Positions 31,515 to 41,520 of a stretch of DNA of 64,000 bases are shown piece after piece. Position 1 is the first letter of the stretch, and every line of letters starts with the position of its first letter. The position numbers and the translations under genes are program-made. The notes below the pieces were generated by a model. That model searched no databases and was not told where the DNA came from. It was given only the letters and a program-made list of their open reading frames with translations. This DNA comes from an uncultured Chloroflexia bacterium (GTDB taxonomy: Bacteria > Chloroflexota > Dehalococcoidia > UBA2979): positions 1,280,001 to 1,344,000 of the forward strand of contig CAVSIV010000006.1 in the NCBI GenBank assembly GCA_963728205.1. Reading direction: 5' to 3'.

Positions 31515-32681
31515 CTACGAACCGCTCCGCACGTTCAGCAGGTCGCGCGCCATGACGATGCGCTGCACCTCCGACGGGCCCTCGCCGATGCGGCGGATGC
31601 GCAGCTCGCGATACCAGCGCTCCAGCGGCAGGTCCTTGCTCATGCCGAGCCCGCCGAAGATCTGCATGCAGCGGTCGACGACGCGCCCGGCGCCCTCGGT
31701 GCACAGCAGCTTCGCCATCGACGACTCGAAGCGGAACGGCTCGCCGCGCTCCGCGAGGTCCGCGGCGGCGAGGGCGGCCCACCGGCCGGTACGGATGTCG
31801 ACCTCGTTGTCGACGAGCATCCACTGGATCGCCTGCCGGTTCGCGAGCGGCTCGCCGAACGTCACGCGCTGCTTCGCCCAGTCGACCGCCATCTCGTGCG
31901 CATACACCGCGACGCCGAGGCACGCGGCGGAGTAGGGGATGCGGTTGCGCGAGAGGTAATCGTTCGCCAGCGCGAAGCCGCCGCCCTCCTCGCCGAGGAT
32001 GTTCTCGTGCGGCACGCGCATGTCGGTGAACGAGAGCTCGGTGGTGTAGTGCGCGCGCAGCACCTGCACGAGGCGCTCGACGCGGAAGCCGGGCGTGTCG
32101 GTGTCGACGATGAAGGCGGTGATGCCCTGGCGGCCCCGCGTCGGGTCGGTGCGCACGTAGACGATGCCGTAGTCGGCGGTGTCGGCCCCGGAGTTCCAGA
32201 GCTTGCTGCCGTTGATCACCCACTCGTCGCCGTCGCGCACGCCGCGCGTCTGGATCGCGCGCGCCGGGTCGGAGCCGCCGGAGGGCTCGCTGAGGCCGAA
32301 GAAGCCGTGCTTCTCGCCGCGGATCGTCGGCCAGAGGTACTTCTCCTTCTGCGCCTCGGTGCCGAAGTAGAGCTGGCCCTGCGGGCCGGAGCCGAAGACG
32401 CCGTAGGCCGGGGCGTAGAGGCCGGCGCGGTGCTGCGACAGCTCCTCGGCGATCAGCGTGCGCGTGACGGTGTCGACGCCCGGCCCGCCGTACTCCTCCG
32501 GCACGTCCATCTGGTAGAGGCCCATCTCCTTGGTCATCGCGACCAGGCGGTCGCGGTCCGCCGGCGCCAGCGCGAAGGCGTCGGGGTCGAGGTCGGCCTC
32601 GAGCGGGCGGATCTCCTCGCGGATGAATCGCCGCACGTTCTGGATGATGAGCTGCTGCGCCTCGCTCAGCTGGAAGTCCAT
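31515..32681 (-). CDS. acyl-CoA dehydrogenase
   Basis: MDFQLS, LSEPSGGSD, INGSKLW, RVTFGEPL, QIFGGLG, RIGEGPSEVQR. Confidence 0.93.
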   Translation of the reverse strand: MDFQLSEAQQLIIQNVRRFIREEIRPLEADLDPDAFALAPADRDRLVAMTKEMGLYQMDVPEEYGGPGVDTVTRTLIAEELSQHRAGLYAPAYGVFGSGPQGQLYFGTEAQKEKYLWPTIRGEKHGFFGLSEPSGGSDPARAIQTRGVRDGDEWVINGSKLWNSGADTADYGIVYVRTDPTRGRQGITAFIVDTDTPGFRVERLVQVLRAHYTTELSFTDMRVPHENILGEEGGGFALANDYLSRNRIPYSAACLGVAVYAHEMAVDWAKQRVTFGEPLANRQAIQWMLVDNEVDIRTGRWAALAAADLAERGEPFRFESSMAKLLCTEGAGRVVDRCMQIFGGLGMSKDLPLERWYRELRIRRIGEGPSEVQRIVMARDLLNVRSGS

Positions 32682-33094
32682 GACGCCCCCTCGCTCTTCC
32701 AGTGGTAGCGCCCGAGCGGCGGCAGCGGCTCCGGGTCCTCGCGGTTCGCCGCGGGCAGCTCGCCGTGATCCTCGTGGTAGCGCGAGAGCAGCTCGATCCA
32801 GCGGCTGTAGTACATGTGGTTGACCTCGAAGCGGTACGACCGCGCGCGGCCGCGGATCGACGGCAGGTCGACGCCCATGCGCGGGTGCGTCCAGTTCTCG
32901 CGCGCCAGCCGCTCCGGCGTCGAGAAGTGCCGGAACAGCTCGCCGCGCAGCCCGAACGGCGAGCGCCCGTCGGCCTTGCCGATGTAGATCACCGCTCCGT
33001 CGGCGTCGGCGAGCTCGTAGACGCCCATCGCGCCGGGCAGCGACCGCGCGGGGATGTCGTCGTCCCACGCGGTCCACGGCTTGCGGATCGGCAT
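32666..33094 (-). CDS. small GIY-YIG-like domain protein
   Basis: PGAMGVYELADADGAVIYIGKA...LRGELFRHF...ELL...LPAAN. Confidence 0.65.
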   Translation of the reverse strand: MPIRKPWTAWDDDIPARSLPGAMGVYELADADGAVIYIGKADGRSPFGLRGELFRHFSTPERLARENWTHPRMGVDLPSIRGRARSYRFEVNHMYYSRWIELLSRYHEDHGELPAANREDPEPLPPLGRYHWKSEGASWTSS

Positions 33095-33104
33095 GCGGTG
33101 CCGC

Positions 33105-33548
33105 CTACCCGTCGCCGTCGCGGTCGAGCGTGAAGAAGAGCGCGGCGCGCTCGTCGGTCACGGCCTCGATGCGCGGGTGCACGCGCGCGCCGATGCGCAC
33201 GTCGGCGGGGTCGTCGAACAGCATCGCGGCGAGCATGCGCGGGCCGGCGTCGAGCCGCACGTTCGCGACCGCGTACGGCAGGTGCTCGGCGAAGGCGGGA
33301 TGGTAGCGCTGGTGCACGACGATGAACGAGTACACCTCGCCGCCGCCGTCGACGGCCACCCATTCGAGGTCGGTCGACGGGCACGCGTAGCAGAACGACT
33401 CCGGCGGGTACTGGTGCGCGCCGCAGGCGCGGCAGCGCTGCAGCCGCAGCTCGCCGGCGGCGAGGCCCTCCCAGTACGGGCGGTTGAGTTCGGTGACGTC
33501 CGGGAGCAGGTCGGCGAACGGGACCATCGCGGGGTCGACGGCGGCCAC
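33105..33548 (-). CDS. DUF35-type Zn-ribbon/OB-fold protein
   Basis: PYWEG, LQRCRACG..YPP...CYAC, GEVYSF, PYAVA, GPRM. Confidence 0.88.
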   Translation of the reverse strand: MAAVDPAMVPFADLLPDVTELNRPYWEGLAAGELRLQRCRACGAHQYPPESFCYACPSTDLEWVAVDGGGEVYSFIVVHQRYHPAFAEHLPYAVANVRLDAGPRMLAAMLFDDPADVRIGARVHPRIEAVTDERAALFFTLDRDGDG

Positions 33549-33550
33549 GG

Positions 33551-34690
33551 CTAGCCGCCCTTCGACAGGATCATCGTGGCGTGCGTCGTCATGATGCCGC
33601 CCTGCTGGCTGACGAGGCCGACCTCCGCGCCGTCGACCTGCCGCGGGCCGCCCTCGCGGCGCAGCTGGCGCACGGCCTCGACCACCAGCTGCGTGCCGGG
33701 CATGCCGGTCTCGGAGAGCAGCCCGCCCGAGGTGTTGCACGGCAGCTCGCCGCCGACCCACGTGCGGCGGTCCTCGTAGAACGCGCCGCCCTCGCCCTTC
33801 GCGCAGAAGCCGTAGTCCTCGAGCGTGATCAGCGGGACGACCGTGAAGCAGTCGTAGATCTCGCAGAAGTCGATGTCGGAGGGGCCGAGGCCGGCGGAGC
33901 GGAACGCGGCTTCGCCCGAGACCTTCGCGCCGCTCGTCGTGAGCGTGTCACGGCGGAAGAAGTCCCACGCGGGGTGGCCCTGGCCGAGGCCGTCGACGTA
34001 GACCGGCGCCTTCGCCAGGTCCTTCGCGCGCGCCTCCGTGGTGACGATGTACGCGGCGCCGCCGTCGGAGACGGGGCAGCAGTCGAGCAGGTGGAAGGGC
34101 TCGGCGACCCAGCGCGAGTGCTCGTAGTCCTCGAGCGTGATCTCGTCCTGGAACTGCGCGTTGGGGTTCATGCTCGCGTGGTGGCGGTGGGCGATGGCGA
34201 CGTTCGCGAGCTGCTCGTGGGTCGTGCCGTACTCGTGCATGTGGCGGCGCGCGATCATCGCGTAGGACGACGGCGCGCCGAAGAGGCCGGCGAGCGCGTC
34301 GTCGCCGCGCGGGCGCGCGTAGGAGGCGCGGGTGCCCGTGCGCGGGTTGTCGCCGTACGAGATCGCGATCACTTCGGCCTGGCCGAGCTCGATGGCGCTG
34401 ATCGCGTACTGGATGAGGCCGATGTTGCTGGCGCCGGCCTGGTCGAGCGTGCCCGTCACCTTCGGCACCACGCGCAGCGCCTCCGCGATGCGCGGGGCCC
34501 AGAGCATGGGGAAGGTCGAGGTGGGGGCCTTCGTCAGCACGCCGTCGAGGTCGCTTGCCTCGAGGCCGGCGTCGGCGAGCGCCGCGCGGATCGCGAGCAC
34601 GTTGTGGGCGACCTGCGAGACGCCGGGATTCATCCCGTAGGCGGTGTTGCCGACGCCGACGATGCAGTAGCGCTGGCTCAGGTCGCGCAT
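33551..34690 (-). CDS. thiolase-fold protein (SCP2/Ltp2-like), canonical Cys absent
   Basis: IVGVG, HASMNPNA, DCCPVSDGG, EIYDCF, NTSGGLLS, EAVRQLR. Confidence 0.88.
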   Translation of the reverse strand: MRDLSQRYCIVGVGNTAYGMNPGVSQVAHNVLAIRAALADAGLEASDLDGVLTKAPTSTFPMLWAPRIAEALRVVPKVTGTLDQAGASNIGLIQYAISAIELGQAEVIAISYGDNPRTGTRASYARPRGDDALAGLFGAPSSYAMIARRHMHEYGTTHEQLANVAIAHRHHASMNPNAQFQDEITLEDYEHSRWVAEPFHLLDCCPVSDGGAAYIVTTEARAKDLAKAPVYVDGLGQGHPAWDFFRRDTLTTSGAKVSGEAAFRSAGLGPSDIDFCEIYDCFTVVPLITLEDYGFCAKGEGGAFYEDRRTWVGGELPCNTSGGLLSETGMPGTQLVVEAVRQLRREGGPRQVDGAEVGLVSQQGGIMTTHATMILSKGG

Positions 34691-34875
34691 GCGGACCACG
34701 CGTGATCGCCTTCCCGTGCGGAGGGGGTCGCAGGGGCTCTTATACTCCGCGCCACCCGGCGGTGTCATGGCGACCTCCGGCGCGCGGCAGGCGGGGCGGC
34801 CGCGTTGGGACGTCGGCCGACACAGCGGCGGCGTGTCTGCGACCAGGGGTCGCGGCCCCCAGGGGCCGCGCTGGC

Positions 34876-34904
34876 GTCGGCGGCGTGTCTGCCGCCGCTT
34901 GACG
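34876..34904. repeat. REP-like palindrome (with a partial copy at ~34823)
   Basis: GTCGGCGGCGTGTCTGCCGCCGCTTGACG. Confidence 0.7.
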
Positions 34905-34931
34905 ACGACGTTTCATCGGAGGAGCGGCCGT

Positions 34932-36125
34932 ATGCCGGGAGCGCTCGACGGGATCCGCGTCCTCGACCTCGCGCAGGGGAGTTTCGCGTTCGCCGGGAAG
35001 GTGCTCGCGGGGCTGGGGGCGGACGTCGTGAAGGTGGAGCCGCCGGGAGGCGACCCGCTGCGCGCGTGGCCGCCGTTCCCGGGCGACGCGCCCGACCCCG
35101 AGACCGGCGCGCGGCACCTGCACCTCGACACCGGCAAGCGCAGCGTCGTCGTCGACCTGGAGAGCGACGCGGGCCGCGACCTGCTGCGGCGGCTGGTCGC
35201 CGCGAGCGACGCGCTGATCGAGAGCTTCGAGCCCGGCTACCTGGCCGCGCGCGGGCTCGGCTACGACGACCTGCTCGCGACGCGGCCCGATCTCGTGATG
35301 GCGTCGATCACGCACTTCGGGCAGGACGGGCCGTACGCCGGCTATCGCGGCGCGGAGATCGTCGACGTCGCGCTGGGCGGCTATCTCAAGCTGACCGGCG
35401 ATCCCGACCGCGAGCCGGTGAAGCCGTACGACGATCTCGTGCTGCAGCACACGGCGCTGCACGCGGCGGTCGCCGTGGTCGCCGGGCTCGCGCACCGCGA
35501 CGCCACCGGCGAGGGCGACTGGTTCGACGTCTCGGCGCAGGAGGCGGCGCTCTTCCTGCTCGGCGGCGTCGCGCAGGCGTACCACTTCGACGGCATCGTT
35601 CCGCGCCGCGCGGGTGCGCGGCTGATGTTCACGAACCCGCGCTACGCCTACCCGTCGACGATCCGGCCGTGCAAGGACGGCTACGTCCACGCGCACTCGA
35701 ACAACCGGCACATCGATCTGCTCGCGGCGCTGATGCCCGACGCCGGCCTGGAGCCGCTGCTCGACACGCCGATGGGCAACGCGGACGCGATCGACGCGGC
35801 GATGGACGGATGGCTGGCCGAGCACGACAAGTTCGACGTCGTGCGCCGCGCCCAGGAGCTGCGGTTGCCGTTCACCGAGGTGCTCACGCCCGAGGAGATC
35901 CTGCGCGACCCGCACCTCGCGGCGCGCGGGTTCCTCGTGGAGATCGCGCATCCGGCGGCGCCGGCGCTGCGGCAGCCGGGCGCGGCCGCGCAGTTGAGCG
36001 CGACGCCGTGGCGCGTGGAGCGCGCGCCGCTGGTCGGCGAGCAGACGCGCGACGTGCTCGGCGGGCTGCTCGGCCTCGGCGACGACGAGATCGCGCGGCT
36101 GCGCGAGGCGGGGGTGGTCGCGTGA
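34932..36125 (+). CDS. CaiB/BaiF family III CoA-transferase (subunit 1)
   Basis: LDGIRVLDL, LGADVVKVEPPGGD, GKRSV, ITHFGQDGPY, APLVGE. Confidence 0.92.
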   Translation: MPGALDGIRVLDLAQGSFAFAGKVLAGLGADVVKVEPPGGDPLRAWPPFPGDAPDPETGARHLHLDTGKRSVVVDLESDAGRDLLRRLVAASDALIESFEPGYLAARGLGYDDLLATRPDLVMASITHFGQDGPYAGYRGAEIVDVALGGYLKLTGDPDREPVKPYDDLVLQHTALHAAVAVVAGLAHRDATGEGDWFDVSAQEAALFLLGGVAQAYHFDGIVPRRAGARLMFTNPRYAYPSTIRPCKDGYVHAHSNNRHIDLLAALMPDAGLEPLLDTPMGNADAIDAAMDGWLAEHDKFDVVRRAQELRLPFTEVLTPEEILRDPHLAARGFLVEIAHPAAPALRQPGAAAQLSATPWRVERAPLVGEQTRDVLGGLLGLGDDEIARLREAGVVA

Positions 36126-37560
36126 GCGGGCCGCTCGCCGGGGTGCGCGTGCTCGAGCTGACGACGGCGGTCGCGGGGCCGGTCGCGGGCTGCACGCTCG
36201 CCGATCTCGGCGCGGAGGTGATCAAGATCGAGGCGCCGAACGCGCGCGCGGCCGCGCACGCCGCGGCGCCGCCCCCGGTGGAGGGCGCGCCCGACCACCC
36301 GTGGAACCGCGCGCCGTTCTTCAACGACCTGCATCGCGGCAAGCGGCTGCTGAACATGGACCTGGCGCATCCGGAGGGGCGCGCGCTGTTCCTGCGGCTC
36401 GTGTCGATCAGCGACGTCGTGCTCGAGAACTTCTCGCCGCGCGTGCTCGGCAATCTCGGCATCGACTACCCGCAATTGTGCGAGGTGCGCCCCGACATCG
36501 TGCTGGTGTCGATGCCCGCCTTCGGCAAGAGCGGCCCGTACGCGACGCGCTCGTCGTACGGGCCGGGCATCGACGCGATGAGCGGGCTGTCGCACCTCAC
36601 CGGCTACCCCGACCGCGGGCCCGGCAAGCCGGCGCAGTTCTATTGCGACTACAGCGCCGGCCTCACCGCCGCGCTCGTGACGATGGCCGCGCTCCGGCAC
36701 CGCCGCCGCACGGGCGAGGGCCAGCGGATCGAGCTGTCGATGCTCGAGGGCGAGATGCAGCTGATCGCTCCGGCGCTGATGGACGTCGAGATGAACGGCC
36801 GCGTGCCGTCTCGCGCCGGCAACCGGGACGCGCGGTACGCGCCGCAGGGCGTGTACCGCTGCGGGGCTGGTGGTGACGCCGGGATACCCGGCGGGGCTGC
36901 TGGTGACGCCGGGATACCCGGCGGGGCCGCAGGTGGCACCGGGATACCCGGCGGGGCGCAGGTGGCGCCGGGATACCCGGCGGGGCTGCTGGTGACGCCG
37001 GGATACCCGGCGGGGCTGCTGGTGACGCCGGGATACCCGGCGGGGCTGCTGGTGACGCCGGGATACCCGGCGGGGACGCGTGGGTGGCGATCTCGGTGCA
37101 GGACGACGCGCAGTGGCGCGCGCTGGCCGCCGCGATCGGCCGGGCGGACCTCGCGGCGGACGCGGCGTACGCGGCGCTCGACGGGCGGCGCGCGCGTCAC
37201 GACGAGATCGACGCGCTGATCGCGGCGTGGACGGCGCAGCGCGAGCCGCGCGCGGCGATGGCGGCACTCCAGGCGGCCGGCGTGCCCTCCGGCGCGGTGC
37301 TCGACGTCGCGGAGGTCTTCCGCGACCCGCAGCTCCTGCATCGCGAGGCGTTCGCGTGGCAGCCGCACCCCGAGATGGGCCCGTTCCCGCACAGCCGCAC
37401 GGCGTGGCGATCGCGGCGCGCCCACCAGGGCGTCGCCGGCCCGGCCCCGCTGTACGGCGAGGCGAACGCGTACGCGCTGACGCTGCTCGGCGAGCCTGCG
37501 CACCGCGTCGCCGCGCTCACGGCGGACGGCGTGCTCGCGACGGAGCCGCGCGGCGGGTAG
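36122..37560 (+). CDS. CaiB/BaiF family III CoA-transferase (subunit 2) with a tandem-repeat insert and a 1-nt frameshift inside the repeat
   Basis: PLAGVRVLEL, DLGAEVIKIE, ENFSPRV, PQGVYRC-[repeat]-DAWVAISV...APLYGE; overlaps the upstream stop (GTGA). Confidence 0.85.
36863..37075 (+). repeat. seven 30-bp tandem repeats, each with a GCCGGGATACCCGGC hairpin, inside a CDS
   Basis: GGGATACCCGG at 36881, 36911, 36941, 36970, 37000, 37030 and 37060; encodes GAAGDAGIPG; one unit is 29 bp. Confidence 0.92.
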
Positions 37561-37596
37561 CGGCCCGGACGGGCCTCGTCCGATATCCTGCGCGCC

Positions 37597-38085
37597 ATGG
37601 CGGACCTGATCGAGGACCTCTTCCGGCAGAACGAGTGGGCGAACCTGCGGCTGATCGAGGCGTGTCGCGGGCTGACCGACGAGCAGCTCGACGCGGCCGG
37701 GGTCGGCGCGTTCGGGTCGATCCGGCAGACGCTGATGCACCTCGTGGGGTCGGAGGCGGCGTACGTGCGGCGCCTCGGCGGGCAGCCGGCGCCCGCGTTC
37801 GAGCGCGGGCAGGCGTGGCCGGGGTTCGACGCGGTGGAGGCGGTGGCGCGCGCGGGTGCGACGGGGCTGATCGAGCGCGCCGCCACGCTGAACGTGATGC
37901 CCGAGTCGTACGACGACGGCGAGGGCTACGACATCGACCGCACGGTGGTCCTGGTGCAGGCGATGGACCACAGCACCGAGCACCGCGGCCAGATCTGCAC
38001 GATCCTCACGAGCATCGGCGTCGAGCCGCCGGCGCTCGACGGCTGGACGTGGGGCGAGGACACCGGGCGCATCAGGCCGAGGTAG
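37597..38085 (+). CDS. DinB family protein
   Basis: NEWANLRL, SIRQTLMHL, DHSTEHRGQI. Confidence 0.88.
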   Translation: MADLIEDLFRQNEWANLRLIEACRGLTDEQLDAAGVGAFGSIRQTLMHLVGSEAAYVRRLGGQPAPAFERGQAWPGFDAVEAVARAGATGLIERAATLNVMPESYDDGEGYDIDRTVVLVQAMDHSTEHRGQICTILTSIGVEPPALDGWTWGEDTGRIRPR

Positions 38086-38147
38086 CGCCGTCGCAACCGC
38101 GGCTCGCGCCCCGAGGGCCGAGCCGCCGCTCGTGGCTGTGCGGCCGG

Positions 38148-38181
38148 CGGCCGGGGATCGCCCATCGGCGATCCCCGGCCG
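38148..38181. terminator. GC-rich hairpin between convergent genes
   Basis: CGGCCGGGGATCGCC-CATC-GGCGATCCCCGGCCG; no U-tract. Confidence 0.5.
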
Positions 38182-38209
38182 CGCGGCGTTCAGCGCCGCA
38201 TGGCCCGCA

Positions 38210-40033
38210 TCACTGCGGCTTCGGCGGGACGAGGCAGGTGACGGCGGGCGAGGTGTTGCCCGCTCCGTCGACCGCCGTGACGACGGCGTCGCCGGTCCCG
38301 ATGATGTGAACGCTCACGGCCCCGGCCTGGCCGGACGACGAGCCCATGAGCTGGGCGCTCGGCGTGGCGTCGGGGTCCTGGGTGTACTTGATGTTCGTGC
38401 CGACGGCGTACGGGCCGAAGACCGTCCCGCCCCCGCTGTCGGTGACGAAGATCTGGATGCCGTCGGCGCCCCAGACCGCGTCGGTCCCGCCGAGGCTGTA
38501 GAAGCCGTCAGGGTTCACGGGGCCGTTCGTCGTCGTGCCCGGCGGCGTGGTCCCCGCCGGCGGCGTCTTCTGACCGTGCGGGTTCACCGACTCCACGCAC
38601 GCAGCCGTCGGCAGCGACGCGTCGACCCAGTCCTTCGTGACCTGCTCGCTGTCGGTCTCGCCCGCGGGCGTGCCCAGCGTCACGCTCGCGTCGATCGTGT
38701 CGGTGCCGAGGCTCGACGGCGCGACGGGCACCGAGTAGGTGAACGTCACGACGCCGGACGCGTCCGTCTTGCAGTCCGCCGGCGCGCAGGTGCCGGTCGC
38801 ACCCGCGTTCTGGCCGCCCACCGTGAACGCGACGAGGTAGCCTCCCACGCTCCCCGCGGGGCCGTTGAGGGTGGCCGTCACCGTGTGCTCACTCGTCGTC
38901 CCGAGGTCGTTGGTGGCGGTGGCGGGCGACAGCACGAGGTCGTAGATCCCGACGGTCACGCACGTCGTCGTGTCCGCTGAGCCGCCGGTGACGTCGGTGC
39001 CGGAGGCGGTGACGCAGAGTTCGTGAGTGCCGGGGTTGAGGCCGGCCGTCTGCGTCGAGTAGCTCACGCTCTGCGGCCCGCCCTGCGGGAGGTCCGGCGT
39101 GATGTCCGCGTTCGAGATCGTCGTCGGCGTGCCGCCGTCGACGCTGAGCGCGAGCGTGGTCAGCGTCGATCCGATCAGGTTCGGGATCAGGTCGGGCAGG
39201 GTGTTGAGGTCGGGCACGTAGGTGCAGGTGCCGCCGTTCCCGGCGACATCCGCCAGGTCGCCCGCGGAGCCGCCGGTGCAGGCGCTCGAGCTGCCGATGG
39301 CGAGGGTGTTCACCACGGCGCCGGTGGCGAGCACCGCGTTCCGGGCGGCCGCGAAGCCGGCGCCGCCAAGGTTGCTCAGGCCGTCAGAGGCGAACACGAC
39401 CAGTTTCGCCGGGTCGGAGCTGGCGTTCAGCACGGCGAGCGTCTGCTGCAGCGCCGCTGTGTAGTTGGTCGCGCCCGCGGAGCCCGACTTCGCGGTGTAC
39501 TGCCCCACGACGTAGTTCGAGCCGCTGAGCGACACGGAGCTGATCACCGTGTTTCCGTCGCCGGGCGCGCCGAGGGGCGCGTCGCCGGTCGATGGCGTCA
39601 TGTCGGCGGTCCGGGCGTCGGCGCCGAAGGCGACGAACCCGATCTGGTGCACCGAGCCGCTGGCGGCGGCGCTGCTGTTCAGGCTCGTGAAGAACGTCTT
39701 CTCGCACTGCAGGCGTGTGCCGCACGCGCCCGCGCTGGCACCGGTGCTGGCGGAGGCGTCGAGCACGTAGACGATCGTCGCCTGTGGCGCGCCGACGCCG
39801 ATGCTGGCGGTCCCGCTCACGGTGACCGGTACGGGGGCCCCATCCGCGAGGATCTGCGTGCCCGCGACGGGGCTGTCGAGGCTGACCGCGAGCGTTGCGC
39901 CGTTGGGCAGCGTTGCACTGCTCGAGCCTGCGAACGCCGCCGATCCGCCCAGCATGAACGACAGGGCGACTGCAAAGACTGCGAGCACCATCGCCGCCGG
40001 CCAGGCGGAGATGATGTGCTGTTTCCGGATCAC
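38210..40033 (-). CDS. secreted vWA-domain protein with Ig-like domains
   Basis: Signal peptide; VYVLDASAST MIDAS, TNYTAAL, VFASDG; beta-rich C-terminus. Confidence 0.8.
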   Translation of the reverse strand: MIRKQHIISAWPAAMVLAVFAVALSFMLGGSAAFAGSSSATLPNGATLAVSLDSPVAGTQILADGAPVPVTVSGTASIGVGAPQATIVYVLDASASTGASAGACGTRLQCEKTFFTSLNSSAAASGSVHQIGFVAFGADARTADMTPSTGDAPLGAPGDGNTVISSVSLSGSNYVVGQYTAKSGSAGATNYTAALQQTLAVLNASSDPAKLVVFASDGLSNLGGAGFAAARNAVLATGAVVNTLAIGSSSACTGGSAGDLADVAGNGGTCTYVPDLNTLPDLIPNLIGSTLTTLALSVDGGTPTTISNADITPDLPQGGPQSVSYSTQTAGLNPGTHELCVTASGTDVTGGSADTTTCVTVGIYDLVLSPATATNDLGTTSEHTVTATLNGPAGSVGGYLVAFTVGGQNAGATGTCAPADCKTDASGVVTFTYSVPVAPSSLGTDTIDASVTLGTPAGETDSEQVTKDWVDASLPTAACVESVNPHGQKTPPAGTTPPGTTTNGPVNPDGFYSLGGTDAVWGADGIQIFVTDSGGGTVFGPYAVGTNIKYTQDPDATPSAQLMGSSSGQAGAVSVHIIGTGDAVVTAVDGAGNTSPAVTCLVPPKPQ

Positions 40034-40367
40034 GATGTTTCCTCCCCATACCCGGCCCTGGCGGCGTCCGATCCCGTCGGGAGATTCCCTCGTCTACAGC
40101 GGCGCATCCCCCCTTCTCGTGGCGATGAAGCGTGCGCAGTCTCTCACGCAGGATGTGTCCAGGTGTCGCCGAGAGAGGCGCGATACAAACGTTGTTGTCG
40201 ACTCTTCGTCAAGCGCGACAGGGACGACTATCAGAAGAGGTATAGGAATTGCGGGCGAAGTGTACGGACGATGAGCCCGCTCCCGGGCGTGGCTTGTGCT
40301 CCCCGGCTGCTGCGCCGCGCCGTACCATCGGCTCTGCGCAGAGGCGCGAACGGCAGGAGGACGACCG

Positions 40368-41264
40368 ATGGGCAACATCGTCGCAGTCGACGAGCAGACC
40401 GGGCGCAAGTTCTTCCTCGACGAGCCCGACGACCTGCAACCCGGCGAGGAGGTGACGTTCCTCCTGAACCTCCACGGCGGCGGCTCCGTCGGGATGTGGC
40501 AGCGCCAGTACTTTCCCGCCTTCCACTACGCGAACCGGTATCGGCTCGTGATCGCGACGCCGTCGGCGGCGACGAAGGAGCCGTCGCGGCGGTGGGTCGG
40601 GGAGGCGGACGACGCTCACCTGCGCAACATCGTCAACTCCGTGTTCGCGAAGTACGGGCTCGAGCACATCCGCGCGTTCTGGCTTGTCGGGCACTCGCAG
40701 GGCGGGATGACGTCGAACCGGCTGCTTGGCGACGACTTCTTCAAGGAACGCGTCGATGGATGGCTGAGCCTGTCGGGCGGCCGCATCGGGCCGATCGAGA
40801 TCCCGGAGTCGTTCTTCCGTCCGGGCGTGCCGCGGCCGCCGCGGCCGGCCGGCGACAGCGGGCCGCGGCCGGGTCGCGCGAGCACGCCGGATGCGGACAT
40901 CTCGTTCATCTTCGCGAGCGGCGAGCACGAGATGGTCGCTCTGCCGGAGACCTCGCCGTGGGCCGAGAAGTACGGCGCGGGGCCGCGGATGCGCCTGCCG
41001 GACGTGGTCGACGAGGAGCCCGGCCAGATCTACGACACGACGAGCGAAGGCAAGTCGACGCCGGCCTGGGGGCTGCGTGCGCGGCCGGGCACGGCGCAGG
41101 TCTACGCCTACCCCGGAGCGCGCGACGGTCGGGTGATCGCCGACGTCGTGCGGCTGGACAAGGGCCACACCGAGGGCCTGGAGCCGCGCATCACGGAGAC
41201 GCTGATCAGGATGCTGGTCGAGGCGCCGGGCGGAAAAGCGCGCCGCGCAGGCGCCGCCGGCTAG
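40368..41264 (+). CDS. alpha/beta hydrolase (esterase-like)
   Basis: LNLHGGGS, GHSQGG nucleophile elbow, KGHTEG; AGGAGG RBS. Confidence 0.8.
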   Translation: MGNIVAVDEQTGRKFFLDEPDDLQPGEEVTFLLNLHGGGSVGMWQRQYFPAFHYANRYRLVIATPSAATKEPSRRWVGEADDAHLRNIVNSVFAKYGLEHIRAFWLVGHSQGGMTSNRLLGDDFFKERVDGWLSLSGGRIGPIEIPESFFRPGVPRPPRPAGDSGPRPGRASTPDADISFIFASGEHEMVALPETSPWAEKYGAGPRMRLPDVVDEEPGQIYDTTSEGKSTPAWGLRARPGTAQVYAYPGARDGRVIADVVRLDKGHTEGLEPRITETLIRMLVEAPGGKARRAGAAG

Positions 41265-41460
41265 CGCGCGGGCCGGGGCGCGGCGGGCGCGCATCGCCCG
41301 GCATCCCGGCTCGCATCACGGCGCCAGGGGGCCGACCGCCTCGAGATAGTCGCGCAGGGCACGGTCGTAGCGATTCGGATCGAGGTTCCAGGCCACGCGG
41401 ATTGACGGTCCATGGTCGGGACGGCGCGAGTTGCTGCGCGGGCCACCGCGCTGGACGAAG

Positions 41461-41506
41461 ACGACGATGGGGGCGGCTCGGCGCGCCGAGCCGCCCCCAT
41501 CGTCGT
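41461..41506. terminator. 46-bp perfect palindrome downstream of an SBP gene (probable terminator)
   Basis: ACGACGATGGGGGCGGCTCGGC-GC-GCCGAGCCGCCCCCATCGTCGT. Confidence 0.65.
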
Positions 41507-41520
41507 GGTTGCTGCGACTC

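Noticed and set aside
36863-37075. CRISPR array
   Set aside because: The 30-bp units are directly adjacent with no unique spacers, lie inside a CDS, and no cas genes are present.
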